A stretch of 62,839 bases of DNA, filler included, from Choristocarpus tenellus KU-1152 (lineage: Eukaryota; Protista; Phaeophyceae): the NCBI GenBank assembly GCA_964200185.2. It is 8 parts of 8 records of this genome, joined end to end, with 100 filler letters (N's around TTAATTAATTAA, not from the genome) between each part and the next. Parts side by side here need not be neighbours in the genome. Positions count along the whole stretch, not along the records: positions 33,326 to 40,281 come from CAXNAD020006975.1; positions 40,382 to 50,577 come from CAXNAD020003086.1; positions 50,678 to 54,188 come from CAXNAD020019538.1; 5 more parts are not named here. One strand, written 5' to 3'. The notes under the pieces are model-generated. The model was given only the letters and a program-made list of their open reading frames with translations. It had not been told where the DNA came from and searched no databases. Position numbers and translations under genes: made by a program. Below, in pieces: positions 37,660 to 51,265 of the stretch. How positions within the stretch are numbered: the first letter of the stretch is position 1; each line of letters opens with the position of its first letter.

Positions 37660-39863
37660 TGTGGGTAAGAGGTATTTTAACTCATAAGCACAGTCAGTTC
37701 CTTATCTTCAACCACGACTGTACTCAAAATAACTATTTCTATAGTTCTGTCTGCAGCTTTGTTTTACCCAAACAAGTAAACCCACCCAATTCGATGAGAG
37801 CACGAAGTTGGCAGAGAAGTGAGAGGTTCCAAAAAGTCCTTTCTCCTTCGCCGAAGGCCCATCTATTGCGATGACCCGTATCCCACTTTGGTGCGCGATA
37901 ACTCTGCCAGCCAGTCTGACGAAATTTGTCCCCTCAACCGGTCTATAATTACAGTTACGCAACACCACCAGTTCATAAAGTCCAAAAGAGAACAATGGTA
38001 ACAATCACTACTACGAATTACTATCATACACTATGTTAATTTCTGACCCAGGGTGGCAGACCACACCGTAGCAGGTAGGAGGTAGCAGGGCACATGGTAT
38101 GCAGTAGGATGATTTGTTAAGGAAAACAAAATATGAACCTCAAAAAACTTCAAATGCTACTCTACTGAGACCAACATACCAGATCTCCACGGCACATAGG
38201 TGACTGCATGACCATAGTAACAACACTTGGACGTAGTAATATCAATATTGATACAGTACTACAATAATAACTTTCTTTTTAGCCTCTGGTTCCTTGTCCG
38301 ACGCTTGAGCAACTACTTCAAAGACGACTATAACTACCTGTACTATTATATTACACCACTAATACTGATGTTGCTGTCGTTACTGAACTCTTTGTTTTGT
38401 TACCCAAGCCAATTTCCCAACCCACAGAAGTACCTGAGACGTCACATGCTTCCCTTGGGGCAACATGCACTCACAAGTCTGATGCCATGTATCATAACCT
38501 ACGAAGAGAGCAAAACCAAAGCTAACCATCTCATGTAGTAGTACTATGAGATGCACAGCGATCATATGCACAAGATCGGCGCATGTGAGGAGGTATACCT
38601 GTCTGTTTGTGCAAGAGTGTTTACATCCAACGCATGATCTCAAACCACGTTGCACCAGATACTCCATCGTCATGGCTTATGCAGACATGCCCCTCATCTC
38701 ATATTGTGTGTTTTCTTCAACGTGAGAGTACATTCATCAAACACAACACAAACTCCAAACGTATATACTTTGCTTCTCCTACTCTCGCATCCCACTCATG
38801 ATCACGTCAAATCCTATCCTCGATCCAGGTTTCAATTACGAGGAACGTTCACCAGGCAAAGGGGATAGTGAATGCAACCTGTGGGAAACTCATCGGGTGG
38901 GTTAAAAACAAGAACACCTAAGAACTAAGAACACCAGGTGGGTTAAGAACACAGGAATGTGTCATAATGTTCCTTGTACCAGTGACCAACATATTCACCA
39001 TGCTCAACATGGAGGAATTGTCACTTTCTAGTAACTACTTAGTACTAAACATTGGTGCCTGTGCTGATGCTGGTACTGAAATATCCTGCGAATCTATACA
39101 GTTCAGAATGTATTTGTAACGGCTGCAAGAGGCGCAGTCATACTGGATTCTTTTATCACCACGCAGTTCCCCATAATACTTGCTGCCTACCGAATCATCC
39201 GCAGGGTTCAGGACGTAGGCCTACCACAGTGTACCATTTGCACAACCTGATAGGGATTATTTGCCGAAGGACAGGGATACACAGCTATCTCTCGTTGTCA
39301 GACAAGTGCCCCTGTTTCTTCGTCACCACGACAGAATACGTAACAGACAGGGCTGAAACAATGGCCCTCCTTGGGGACGAGTTTCAACCTTTCGCCACTT
39401 CTATCGATGGCTTGTAGGACAAGGACAAAAGCCCCAGGATGTGTTCTCCAAGCCTCCTAAAAGGAGACTGCAAGTAACGAAATGGTATATGCCAGCATCT
39501 GGGTAAGTAACAAACATCACAACCCACCAGACAGCTGAACTGGGTACTAGCCACCTTCTAAGGAATAATTAAAACAAAAAATATGACATTGACTTACTGT
39601 ACGTACCTATATCTGCGTATGTCCTCCATGCCTTACTTTTAAGTGCAATGAGCCAAAGTAATCGAGAGGTGTCGGAAAGAAGAACCGAGTCGTTGGAACC
39701 TCTTACTTCTCTGCCAACTTCACCTCATCGGGATCGGTGGGATTGCTCTTTTGGGGTAAAACAAAGCTGCAAACTGAACTATAGGAATTATTATTTTAAA
39801 TACAGTCATGGTTGATGAAACAGCAGTAACTGATACTATGAGTTAAGACATCTCTTGTCCACA
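37660..39863. mobile_element. ~2.2-kb segment bounded by diverged ~170-bp inverted repeats (non-autonomous long-TIR element?)
   Basis: 37660-37832 aligns with the reverse complement of 39693-39863 (TTAACTCATA, TCAACCAYGACTGTA, CTATAGTTC, TGCAGCTTTGTTTTACCC, GAAGTTGGCAGAGAAGTRAGAGGTTCCAA); no TSD seen. Confidence 0.6.
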
Positions 39864-40242
39864 AACTTTTTTTTGAGTAATGACCATCCTGAAACCAATC
39901 ATTCACACGGGACAACCAACGTTAGACATGCTCATCGTACCACTGTATAGTACGACTTCGTCCCGTGCGAGAATAACAACTGCAAGGACTGGCTTGAGGT
40001 CATGCAAAACCTCTGGCATAAGAGCACCCTTTGAAACGAGAAAAATTACCTACCATACAAAAAGGTTTGGGTTTATCAACCAAAAACTTCGTACCCTGAC
40101 TCCACGCCCACTTCACTAGAATTGTCCCATACAGTTGGGAGAGTTGCTCAAATACCCTCCCTAACTCAAACAACTCTGAGCGGCTACTAGGCTGTGTATT
40201 CTTTAAAAAAAAATGAGCAAATGCCACCAAGAAGACAACACA

Positions 40243-40281
40243 GAGACAAAATATCTTAGAGGGTAGAGAGGCGTTCATTTG
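40243..40281. mobile_element. Left end of the same MITE family, cut by the contig end
   Basis: GAGACAAAATATCTTAGAGGGTAGAG... Confidence 0.7.
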
Positions 40282-40381
40282 NNNNNNNNNNNNNNNNNNN
40301 NNNNNNNNNNNNNNNNNNNNNNNNNTTAATTAATTAANNNNNNNNNNNNNNNNNNNNNNNNNNNNNNNNNNNNNNNNNNNN
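40282..40381. other. Artificial contig linker
   Basis: N44-TTAATTAATTAA-N44. Confidence 0.99.
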
Positions 40382-40464
40382 CTACCACAGCAATATGGGG
40401 AATTAAACCACCCCCCCTGTCACCTGTTAAAAACCCCCCCCCCCCCACCCCCTCTACTGAACAG

Positions 40465-43400
40465 GTGATGACGCAGGTGCTGACCCCAGTGGCCAACAAG
40501 TTTGGCACATACCGCCTGATCATGGGTGCTGCCATGTTCAAGCTCATAACGGGGCTAACGATTGCGGCTGGTGGAGTTCAACTCTGGCCACTCTGGGGTT
40601 TCCTGTTCCTATGTAACCGGCTGTCTGCTTCTGTGTGGGGTTTCTACAACCTCTCCTTTTCTGATGTGAGTGGTGTAAGACAGGCAGGCAGACAGGCAGA
40701 CAGGCCTACCTCAAGGACAAGGGACAAAGTTGTAGTCAACAGTTTTTGTAAGATACATGCTGCATAGCAGTGTTTCTTTTTTCTTGTTTGAATGACTCCT
40801 TGTGTGCTATAGTAGTATATACAGGGGTGTATGTTGAACAATGTGTCGCTTCTTTTCAGTATGATGTTAATTTTGTAATCTTAATTATTTATGTTAATTT
40901 TTTCTGTACACAGAATCCTTTGGATGAATGCTCACAGGAGAACATGAACTGTGTACACAACAACCCAATGCGGATCTGTACTGCTTGCAGGTCCACATGT
41001 CTAGCACACCAAAGAACAAAGGAACAAGCAATGACTATGTAGATTTAAGGGTGATTTAAATAATGCAAGTGTGTGCTCAAGAAAGCAAAAAAAAGAAAGA
41101 TCGAAAACTGAACTTCGCTGATTACAATCTCTCTGTTGCTTCTCAATAGATTTATCTGGGCCGGTGAAACTGTCTCGTAACGGTTTCACAAGACTGTTTC
41201 ACAAGATTGTTTCATTGTTTTCCCTTGATATATTTATATATATATATATATATATATATTTGTAAAGTGCTTAAGTGTATCTTTTTCCGCCCTTGTTTTT
41301 TTGATGACTTGATCGTCATGGTGTAGGCTTACAAGAGTTTGTTGAATGGGATGATTACATAACACCACATGGGCTGTGCCGTTTATGTTGAAATCGATTC
41401 CTGGTTCTTTGTGGCGGATGCCTAAGATCCTTAGCCAAAAGAGTAAGGTAAATCCGAATTTCTTCTCCGATGGGAATTGATCTGTTTTGTTTGTTTGTTG
41501 TTTGTTGTTTGAGTATCTTGTGGTTGTTGTATTTATGATGTCTTGTATACCTCTGGGGGCAGTAACGTTCTTATCGAGTGGTGGTATGGAGTGTGATTTG
41601 TCTGTGTTACAAGACAGATGGTATGTTATTGCTTCAAGGTACTCAGTGAATTGTTTGTTGTGCGCTGCCTACTATAACTGTCTACATCTATATACATCTG
41701 TGCAGTGTTTGCAGTGTGTGTATGTGTGTATGTGTGTGTGTATGTGTGTGTGTGTGTGTGTGTGTTTGGTTCTTCACAGAGGAGAACTCCATGCAAGTGA
41801 GTAGTCACACTTATATTTAATCTGTGCATATGTTCCTTTGATAAAAGTGGAACCGATCCAAAATTTTTAGTACTGGCTCCTTTCGCCGCTCCCTGCTCTT
41901 CCATCTTTTTGTTGAATTTTTCTTGGGGGTTGTGAAGAATGAGGATTTACAACTACGTTTGTGGTTATCTCTTTATATATCTTTGTTGGAACTTAAAACT
42001 ATTAGGTTCTATTAGGTTTTTTGGACTAGGATTCCTAGTTCTAACTTCAATGCTGTTGCTATTGTTGTTGGTTATCACAATTAGAGATCATATGTATATG
42101 TAAGTACCATGCAAGCCTCTATCTTTCGATTTTTTGATGATGTGAGCGCCTTTGTGTTATCTGATGCTTGAGCCCCAGACACTTTAGGAAAAAAGGTCAG
42201 GCGCTGCCCAGTGAGCCAGAGTTGCAGACCTTGCAGTTGCATGAGTGGTACCATATTTTCAATTTTGGGTCATGAAGTATTCCACACACACATGTATGTC
42301 CTGTCTTGCCGATGATATCTGACCTACTACGGAGACTAGCTAAGAAGTTGGGAGGAACGGCCCATGCACCTCGATATTTTTTTTTGTTCCCTATATGACA
42401 CTTATGCTTCAAGAATGGGTGTGCTGAAGGTGTAGTTGGGCCTGCAGTTTTCACTGCCCATGTGTTGTGTGTTCCCCTTTGGTTTCCAGCAAGTTACCTC
42501 GGTGCTTACTATCTTGGTATTGGTTCCTCACAGAGCTCCTTTAAGGCCCCCAGTTGTTCTTACCATCTGTGCACCGGCTACTTTACTGTGCTTAGAGAGT
42601 ACAGTCGCATCCCATTGGCTTAGCCTTTGGATGCCTTGTCTCTGCAAGGCTGTGATTACACACTCTCATTTATCTTATAGCCTCACTCGAGATGGTTGTT
42701 CATTTTTAGAGAGGAAGATTTGTTGTTATTTTTTGTTTCCTGCTCAGTATTTGATTTTGGTATGTATGTTTTGTTCTAGGTTTAGGGAGGAGTTTGTGCC
42801 AGTTGATACTGTACATGTAGGGGGGAGAATAAATATTTCATAAGGACCAGTTAGTCATGCCCACCATGGTACCAAATGTAGCCAAAATATGTTTGGGCTG
42901 ATGATTTTGAGACCAACTCAAAGACTCACGCCCAGATATCAGGGGAATAGATTTAATTGGTAGGACATTATAAGGTATATCATCAATATGCACATACACT
43001 GCTGATGGTATATGCATTCAATACTTGATACTGACATCAATTTCTTTGACAGTAGTTGGTTAGTCATACTGTCTACTGATGCTGAAAATGCTATATTTGG
43101 TACCCTGATACCTACTATAAATATATCACAGTAGTCACATTCCACCAAAAGAAAAAAAAGAAAACTATAATGTCTTCCTCACTTGCAACAGTCAATATTT
43201 TTTGCTGATTTTTCTTGCAAAACAATCAAGGAGTGCGCTTTTTTATATTTTGAATTGCCCAGGTGCAGGTTGTTGTTTCCTCACAATATGCTCCTCACAG
43301 TCCCTATTCACACCTCCTGTTCAAGACAGTCCAATACTATTCCGAGATGATGTTCTTACTGTTGACCAGCGTGCACCAGTCTTTATCTGTCACTAGACTC

Positions 43401-46392
43401 TGAAGTCAACGAGTAATTTGTCCCTATCGATTAGTTTAATCAGCTAGTTCATTTCCTTCTATTCAGGTGAAGGCCGGCAACAGCAGTAGGCAAAGTGGGT
43501 CTCCTGATGCCCTTGTGATATATATGCATGTGTTTGGGCTACCCCTCCCTTTGAGTGGGAAAGTCCTATTTGAACACGAATTGTTGATTTATTTATGTGC
43601 TGGCTCAATTTTTTGTTTTTGAATGATCTTCTTTGTGTGTCGGCCGTTGCTTGTTGGTGCATTGTGTGCATTGTGTGCATTGTATGCATTGTATGCTGTA
43701 TTAAGGTGATTGACGAAGACATGCTGATCAACAAACGGAGGGAGAGCATGTCAGTGTCTGTGCATGGGGTACAAGCCCTGTTTGTCAAGCCGGCGCAGAG
43801 CCTGGCACCCATCCTTGGGGTGGCATTTCTTCCTGCTGGGGCCATGAAAACCAATGTTGCTGACATGACCCCCCACCAGGTGAAAGCTTTATCGGATTGA
43901 AGGGGAGGGGTTGGAGGGGTAGGGTAGGGTAGGGTAAGATTGGAGTTGAGGAATGATGGGAGGCGTGTTGTGGGGAACGGTATTATTCAATTGCTCTCTT
44001 GAGGAATCGTTTTTTGTTTGATTTTTCTGTTTTCAAGGTTCTTTGGGAGGCAAGGTGTTGTTGCTGGGGGTAAAATGTAGGGAGTCTCTCGTACATGAGA
44101 TCTTGTAGGTGCCCTCCCGATTTATAGTAGACTCCCTATGTTCTGCCCCAAGGTGCGTCAGGCTTGTGATGTTGTCACATTCGGTATACAGGTTGCTGTA
44201 CACTATTGGTGTTGAAAGTATCGTTAGTAGAGTATTGGTCAGTGGAAAAAGTATTTATTGGTTGTGTGAAGAAAAACAGGTAGTGTGATCTATGGGGGTT
44301 GGAGGGCTTTTTGAAAAGGTGGTCTGACTGCATGGCTCGCTTGGAAAAGTAGATAGTAACGAACAGCTTCATTTTCCTCTGGAGAATTGACCAGAGGATT
44401 GGCATAGGCTGTTCGTTTGTCTTGACCCTTGCCAATTCTTGTTCGTGCTCCACCTATATGCCTGATTCTACAAATCACCCCTATATTCACGCCTATTTGT
44501 TTTTGTATTGTGTATGTGTGTGTGTGTGTTTGTTTTTTTTGTACTTCAACAATGCAGTTTATGGGTACCGTTGTTGTAGGCATGGGCATGGGTCTCCACA
44601 AGGGTGGTGGGCGGGAAAGAGAGTTCAGAGTTTGTGGCGATACTGAGGTCTATGTATGGTCAAATGCCATTTCCGAGAGCAAACTGCAGTATATGTTTCT
44701 CCCCCCTCAAGATTGGGAGTAATTTAACTTCTGTATTCATGATATGTGAAGCAGCAAGCAATGGGTCATTGTCTGGATGTACGTGTGCTTAAAAACTAAC
44801 TCACAATGAAGTTTTTTTTTTAGAGGGTGCAAGAAAAAGGTGTATCTTTTTTTCTTTTTTGAGTGGTGATTCGAGGAGAGGACCTTTAACATTTTCTAGG
44901 ATTCTCCTACCTCTAATATAGACATTTTTTTTCTTGATGACTGCCCTTTTTGTGAGTGAGGGACCATTTTTTACGTCAGCATTATTCACGTATAATATAT
45001 GATTCTGTGGGAGAAACATTGAATTGTTGAACTATTGTTGGATAACGGGATAATTGATAGTAATGTTTTTGTCAGGTGACAACGAAAATATTGTCTGGGT
45101 TATTATAGTACAAGAAGAAGATTCCAAGAAAAGAAATGTTGTAGCAAGTAACATAGCAAGTAACATAGCAACTAATCATGGACTGAGTGAAGAATATGTG
45201 AATCGTAAGGTGATGACCCTCTTTGAGCTTTGAAGCTCACTCTCTTTTTCCTTACGCCTTCCTTACTTCATGTACGACCTGTTCCGCATAATAAGGAATT
45301 TATTGAGTCATTTACATACACAAGTCTTGGGAACACCAATTTCTTTAACATACAACAAATGCCATCTGCATCCATTCCCACATGTAGCTGTCTTCCCCCC
45401 CCCCCCCCCTTCCATCATTACTTTAGAAACCATTCATTATTGCTTATGATGTGCATTCATGTATTCTCGGGGTAATAGGCTGGAGTTGTGGAAGCGGCAG
45501 CCTTCAAGCTGCTCTGGGCTGTGCCAACCGTGTGTGGTGTGATCCAGGTGAGAGACAAGAAATTGTATGCAGATATGGCAGGAGCAATGACTCCAGTTTG
45601 GATGGGGTTGTGAGGTGAGGTGAAGTAAGCGTTATCTGTCAGGTTGTGGATTTGGGAAAATTGGGGGCCATGTTTGACAGGTGATTTTGAAGGAATGTCC
45701 ACGGCGTCGATTCAATTGATACCTGATGTTGGTCGTCATGGAGCAGCACAAGTTGGGTTTGTTGCTCGGGGTGGGAGGAGAAGATGAGAGGTTCATTCTA
45801 GGTATGTGTTTGACTCCTACAGAAGGGGAAATATATATATATATATTTTGCATTGTTGTGTTAAGAGAATGGAAAATGGTGACGGGAAGGGCGGGGGAAT
45901 AATGTTTAAATATATTTCTAGTTCTCTCTTCCACAGAGGTCAAGGACACATACAGAAATGTGCGTGTGTGTGTGTGTGTTTTTTTTTTCTTTTCTTTTTC
46001 TGCTATATGTTTTTGTTGCGTTGTGTGTGTGTGTGTGTGTGTGTTTTCTGCTACATGTTTTTGTTGCGTTGGGTGTGTGGCGTGAATGGGTCAAATTGTC
46101 AACTGTTGGGAAGGGCAGGTAAATAAGTGGGAGTGTGTGCTGGTTTGTATTGTAGTTTGTATTGTAGACTTGTGTACAGCGTTCAGTTTTGATTTTTTCC
46201 CCCACCTTTTGCAGCCCTGTAGTCCCCATTCTAAATTGTAGCTTTGTTCATTGGTGTTGATGCGGAAAGGTGCTCATATGGCGAGCATACCGACTCCATG
46301 GGGCAGTGTTAAAGGAGATGAAGCTGAGGCTGCGAGATTGGGAGAGCTGGCTGCAGAATGATGCCAAGAGTATGGGTCCTGGTCAGGTCTAG
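40465..46392 (+). CDS. MFSD13A: MFS transporter, MFSD13A/TMEM180-like, 5'-partial
   Basis: Phase-0 exons 40465-40665, 43706-43879, 45479-45547 and 46270-46392(TAG): NLSFSD|VIDEDMLINKRRESMSVSVHGVQALFVKPAQSLAPILG...FKLLWAVPTVCGVIQ|VLIWRAYRLHGAVL, matching the family C-terminal half. Confidence 0.85.
41715..41765. repeat. (TG)n microsatellite; similar tracts at ~41228 (TA)n, 44510, 45965, 46022 and 57145
   Basis: Directly visible. Confidence 0.9.
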
Positions 46393-49300
46393 TGAATTAT
46401 GTTGCAGTTGGAATGGGTTGGAGGGGCACAGGAACGCTGGGGTGGTCTTCAGGGGGTGTGGTGTTCAAGAAGGCAAGATGTAATGGTTTGGTTCTGGTTT
46501 TTGGTGAACAATCCTCCGTGTGGGGCATGATGATTTAGTGACAGATTGAGATGAGCATTGGACAAACACGATCATTTGCTAGTGAAGGGTTGATGGGCGG
46601 GGAGTGCAGAGAGATGGATAGATCAGGACGCATTATTAGTGAATTGTCTTGTGTCCTGTTTTTGATAGTGTGGTTGGTAATGGTGTGTGTTTTTCATGAG
46701 GGTGAGTTACACAGAAGTATGCACTTACACACATTTAGGAGCATGAAGCATGATTAAAGGGAGGTGAAGGAGATCATATGTAGAGTTGACTTTCCTCTCT
46801 GTGCTGACTAACGTAGCGAACTTGATTTTATTTTTGTGTTTGTGAGATGTGCTCTCATTAGCTGACAGGTTAGGTCACCTCCTTGTGACATGGTGGTGGC
46901 AATGATCTGTGTAGGGGGTAATGCTCTCTGTGCTGGCAATTTAATATGTTGTTGGCAGCGCTTGTTAGATAGGAGAAGGGCTTTTCTTTTGGACTCAAGT
47001 TTTTTGTTGTTGTTGATGGGGCATAAAACAAAAGTTGATCTAGTCTGTGTTACAGGAATGTAAATATGGTCAGGTTAGTTTAGCTGTTGGTATCATATGA
47101 CTGGAAGATACCAAAACAGTATTTTGTGTTCATTTACTGATAGTGATATTCATTATGTGATCATACTGACCTGTCGATTATCTCATTTTCAGTGCATAAC
47201 AACTTGATTGTAATGGGAATTGCTCGCCCGCATCATTCTGAGGCTCTATTTACATCCCTACTGTATTAATGAAAATTACTCTTTTGGGCTAAAACTTTCC
47301 TTTTGGAAGTGTTTCATGAAGCAATACTTCCTCTTTATTTTTCTGAGACAGGAGTTGTTGTTTCTCTTCTGCACAGGGGGGGGTATTGCTCCTCAAATAT
47401 AATTTCTCAGCACCTAAATACAATAGAAAGTGTATGTAGTGTATGTGTGTACTCTGTATTTGAAGACACATTGCATGAAGAACTATGAGACATTTAGGTA
47501 AGAAAATTCTTGAATGGGCAGAGTGAGCTTACTTTGCTCTTTGTCCATTTATGCAGTGGGTCAAGAAGTTGCTATCATGGCACCTACTTAGCATTCTATG
47601 TTTGAAAGGGGGGTTGCAGTCATCTGCAGGCTATGTTTACTAGTGAGCTCTTTTGATTAATCTCAGGGCTTGTTTTGTCTCTCTTCATTGTGATCCCTCA
47701 GGTTCTGCATCCATAGTGATGGAGGGCCATTGTGCTCAGTGGGACTTAACAAGTGTAAGCATTTCTAGGGTTCCCATGGACCAAACTATTTATTGTTGTA
47801 TCCATGTACTATGCATCATATTGATCTCACTTTCCAGAGGTACAAGTAAGTTCTTTGGGTTAAGTACAGTCCTGAATGGAGCATTATTATAAGAGCAATT
47901 GACCGTTGCTGTTATTGTTGTCGTGGGGTGGGCCAAGAGTGATTGAAGATAGTGTGTGTAATGTTGATTCTGAGATAAACATTTTGTGCTTTGAAAGGGT
48001 TGTATGGATTCTTCTTAGGGTTTATCGACCAAATTGTGTTGGACGTTTTCATAATTGAAATGCCAATATCCATGCAGCAGGCGCTCCCTGTATTGTTAAC
48101 AGCTTGTTTGGATACAGAGAGAGCTCCTTGCACAACAGCAGCAAGTATAGCTCATCATGAATATTTTATTACTTTTCGTTTGTTTGTCTACTTAATGCAT
48201 TGCCCTGCCTGAAGTCGCAAGGACCCTGCACATAATATATCTTGTAAAGGGTGAGATGTATTTTGCATCCCTTGCTTTCCATGGTCAAATGCATGTTACT
48301 GCTGTCTAAGTATTGTGTATGCTCACCCTATGACAACATGTGGCTTGCCCACGACAATAAACCATTGGTGTCCAAGTTACAGTTTTCCTTTGCAACTCTC
48401 CTTCTGCTGGTGCTTGATAATTCCTCTACTTTTTTGGTTGTTAGAGAGGGTTTGTATATATGTGGCACTTTATATATTGGTAAGAGGTGTAGATACATAT
48501 TTTCAGTATGCATATATTCATAGATTATAGATTGATATAATAATACGCAGGCAAGGACACACACACATAATAGTATTATGAATTGATTCAAATTCTACTG
48601 AGTTTTGACAAGAAAAATGTATTTTTTGATGTGAGAGAGTATGCCTCCAACAGCCTTCCATGGGAAATAGAGGGCCCCTCCATTCCCTATGGAATTTGAG
48701 GTAACAAGGGCGATCACTGCACATGTAGTACATTGTATTTGATCCCATCTTGTAGGAACCCTTTCTCACTTTTTCCCTGAACCTCATCTCTACTCGTTCT
48801 CATCACCCTCCATCATATAGAGCCAGCCCACACTCCCATTATGGTGAGTTGAAGTGTTTTGTGGGATCACTAGAGATAGTAGGTTCACGCCAATATAGTG
48901 AACGAGAAGAGTGTGCAACAACCAACATAAAAAGGTGGTTGACCTTATCAGAAAGAGAAGAAGACTTGGAGAAAAAAGGTACCACCAGAGAGGGGGTTTA
49001 GCGGGTGGATCATCCGATGTTGTTGCAACTAATATGGATCCTGAGTGCTAAGAATTGGGTAAGGGCACCCCTGACAAGTCACAGAGCAAGAGGTAGCAAC
49101 GACGGAAAGGATGAGGAGTCATCACCAATGACTTCTTACCCGCTTGGTTGTGCAGTATTTCGGTGCTACAATCATAGTAGTACTATGATAATAATACTGT
49201 CTTTGCAGTGAGTGCAACTATAATAATTGCATGCCATGTGCCTCCTCCCTTAATGAGTATAAAAAGAAGTTTGGCTTTCCCACAAACTCACGATGATATG

Positions 49301-50577
49301 TATGGTTGTGGCGATGATATGTATTACGGGTGCTGCTCTCTGATGGTAACACCTCTTTTGTGAGCCCCTTCTCCTATATGAGAAGCTGGACATGTAGTAT
49401 ACATGCTTGCTCATCGTGTCACACAATAATTGCCTGGATGTTCTGTGAAATCCCACACTACTTCGCTACCTGTTCCTCTGTGGGAGTCTCAAGAAAGATA
49501 AGAATAGTTGAACTTCATTGCAACTCTCCAGTCTGTGTGCAGATGGTGATATTGTAACTTCAAGTGAAGAATGGAGGGATGCACAGCGAGCTCCTTTCAT
49601 TATGAACTGATTGTTATTGCTGTGTCTAACGAGGAAGGACATGAGGAAAATACTTGTAGAACAGGTAACAACATGCATGCTAGGTGCATTGTGCGTGTAT
49701 GTGTGCCTGGCTTTGCCTGAGCGTTACCTTCTATCAATCGTTTTCAGATTTTATTTTTGTGTGTACGTAAGAAAATCTCTATGTTTCTCCTCTAAAAACG
49801 AGTTGTTGAAAATATTAGGAGTAGTACCTATTGCTGCACGCAAAGTGGTAGGTGTGGAGAAACTGCCTGGGACTGCGCAGGATGTTGTAGAGGCGCAGGA
49901 CGTTCTGAATGAGGCCAAGGGGAAGTTGCGCCTGATCATAAAGGAGCAGCAGGCATGTGGAAGATCAAAGAGTGTGAAGATGGTTACATTAGATACCTCT
50001 CCGAGAATATTGGGGTGGGACAAGCCTACCCAGCGTATCTTTCCTCAGGATTGGTCTTTCATCAATAGGATGCATGAGTAGGGGTACCACTCTGTAAGCG
50101 GTGCTTGTTTCCTGTATTTTTTTGTGGTTGGTTACCCCATTCAATGATGTGCGCTTTGTGCTGGTCTTAGTCCTTCATTTTTTTTCGTGTGTAATATATA
50201 CAAGCTGTTTTGTGTTCATCGAGTGAACAGGTGGCGGAGGTTGAGGAGTCGCCTTGAGAAGTTCTATCTATTGTGCCCTCCCAGTTTCCCTCGCCATGTA
50301 CCTGACCGTTTGTGCCCATGTCAATGATACTCAGCGGATCAACCGGAAGGGCATGCCTTCCTTCCTTAAGGCATCTGGCCAGAGGGCATATGAGAGGAGT
50401 GCGAGTGAGAAGTCTTTGTTTGAGGTGAGACCTATGACTATTAATGTTATGGGGGGGGGGAGGTGATGGGTACAACAAGCTCGTTTAGGTGGTATAGGTG
50501 AGGGATTTGATACTTGTTGAGTATGCAGGTTTTCTGTGCATTGAGTTGAAGTGAGCGGGAGCAGGTGGATACACCGG

Positions 50578-50677
50578 NNNNNNNNNNNNNNNNNNNNNNN
50601 NNNNNNNNNNNNNNNNNNNNNTTAATTAATTAANNNNNNNNNNNNNNNNNNNNNNNNNNNNNNNNNNNNNNNNNNNN
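50578..50677. other. Artificial contig linker
   Basis: N44-TTAATTAATTAA-N44. Confidence 0.99.
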
Positions 50678-51265
50678 GCCAATAAACCAAAACAAAAAAA
50701 AATGATGCCATTGCCACATGCCTGCCCCCCCCCCCCCTCCCCCTCCTCAATCGCACATACCTAGCTGGGTGTATAATTTCCAAGGCCATCCAGATTCATG
50801 GTCCCCTCCAAAAAACAATACCCGCCCTCAACTCGAGAGTAACCTTCAGCTTCTCACCAGGCAGCTACCACACACTCAAGACGGACCATCATAAACACTT
50901 GGAACATCTCGAGGAGCAGGCAACTCAAGTCCTCCCCGCATCCCTAATACTCCAGGCAGAACAATACACAAGCGACTCACGCACGGAATTTCAAGGGTTG
51001 CATCTTCATCTGCGCGATGAAATCAAATGGAAATATAATACTATAAGAAATACGAATTATGATAGTACTCCTCCACTACCTCCCTCACAATTGCAGAAGC
51101 ACAGAAGCCATGGAAGTTTACCCATCGTACCGGTCATCCGAGGGAAGCTTCTGCTCAGCTGCAAAACTAATACGATATTATTGTGTCTTCATACCAACAA
51201 GGCAGGAACACACCATACATTTGTTTGGACTCGCTCACTTACTCCCCGAGCGGTGCAAGAACGTC

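Noticed and set aside
43659-43700. IVCIVCIVC peptide repeat in an ORF
   Set aside because: A 9-bp intronic microsatellite (TGCATTGTG) upstream of the real acceptor at 43705
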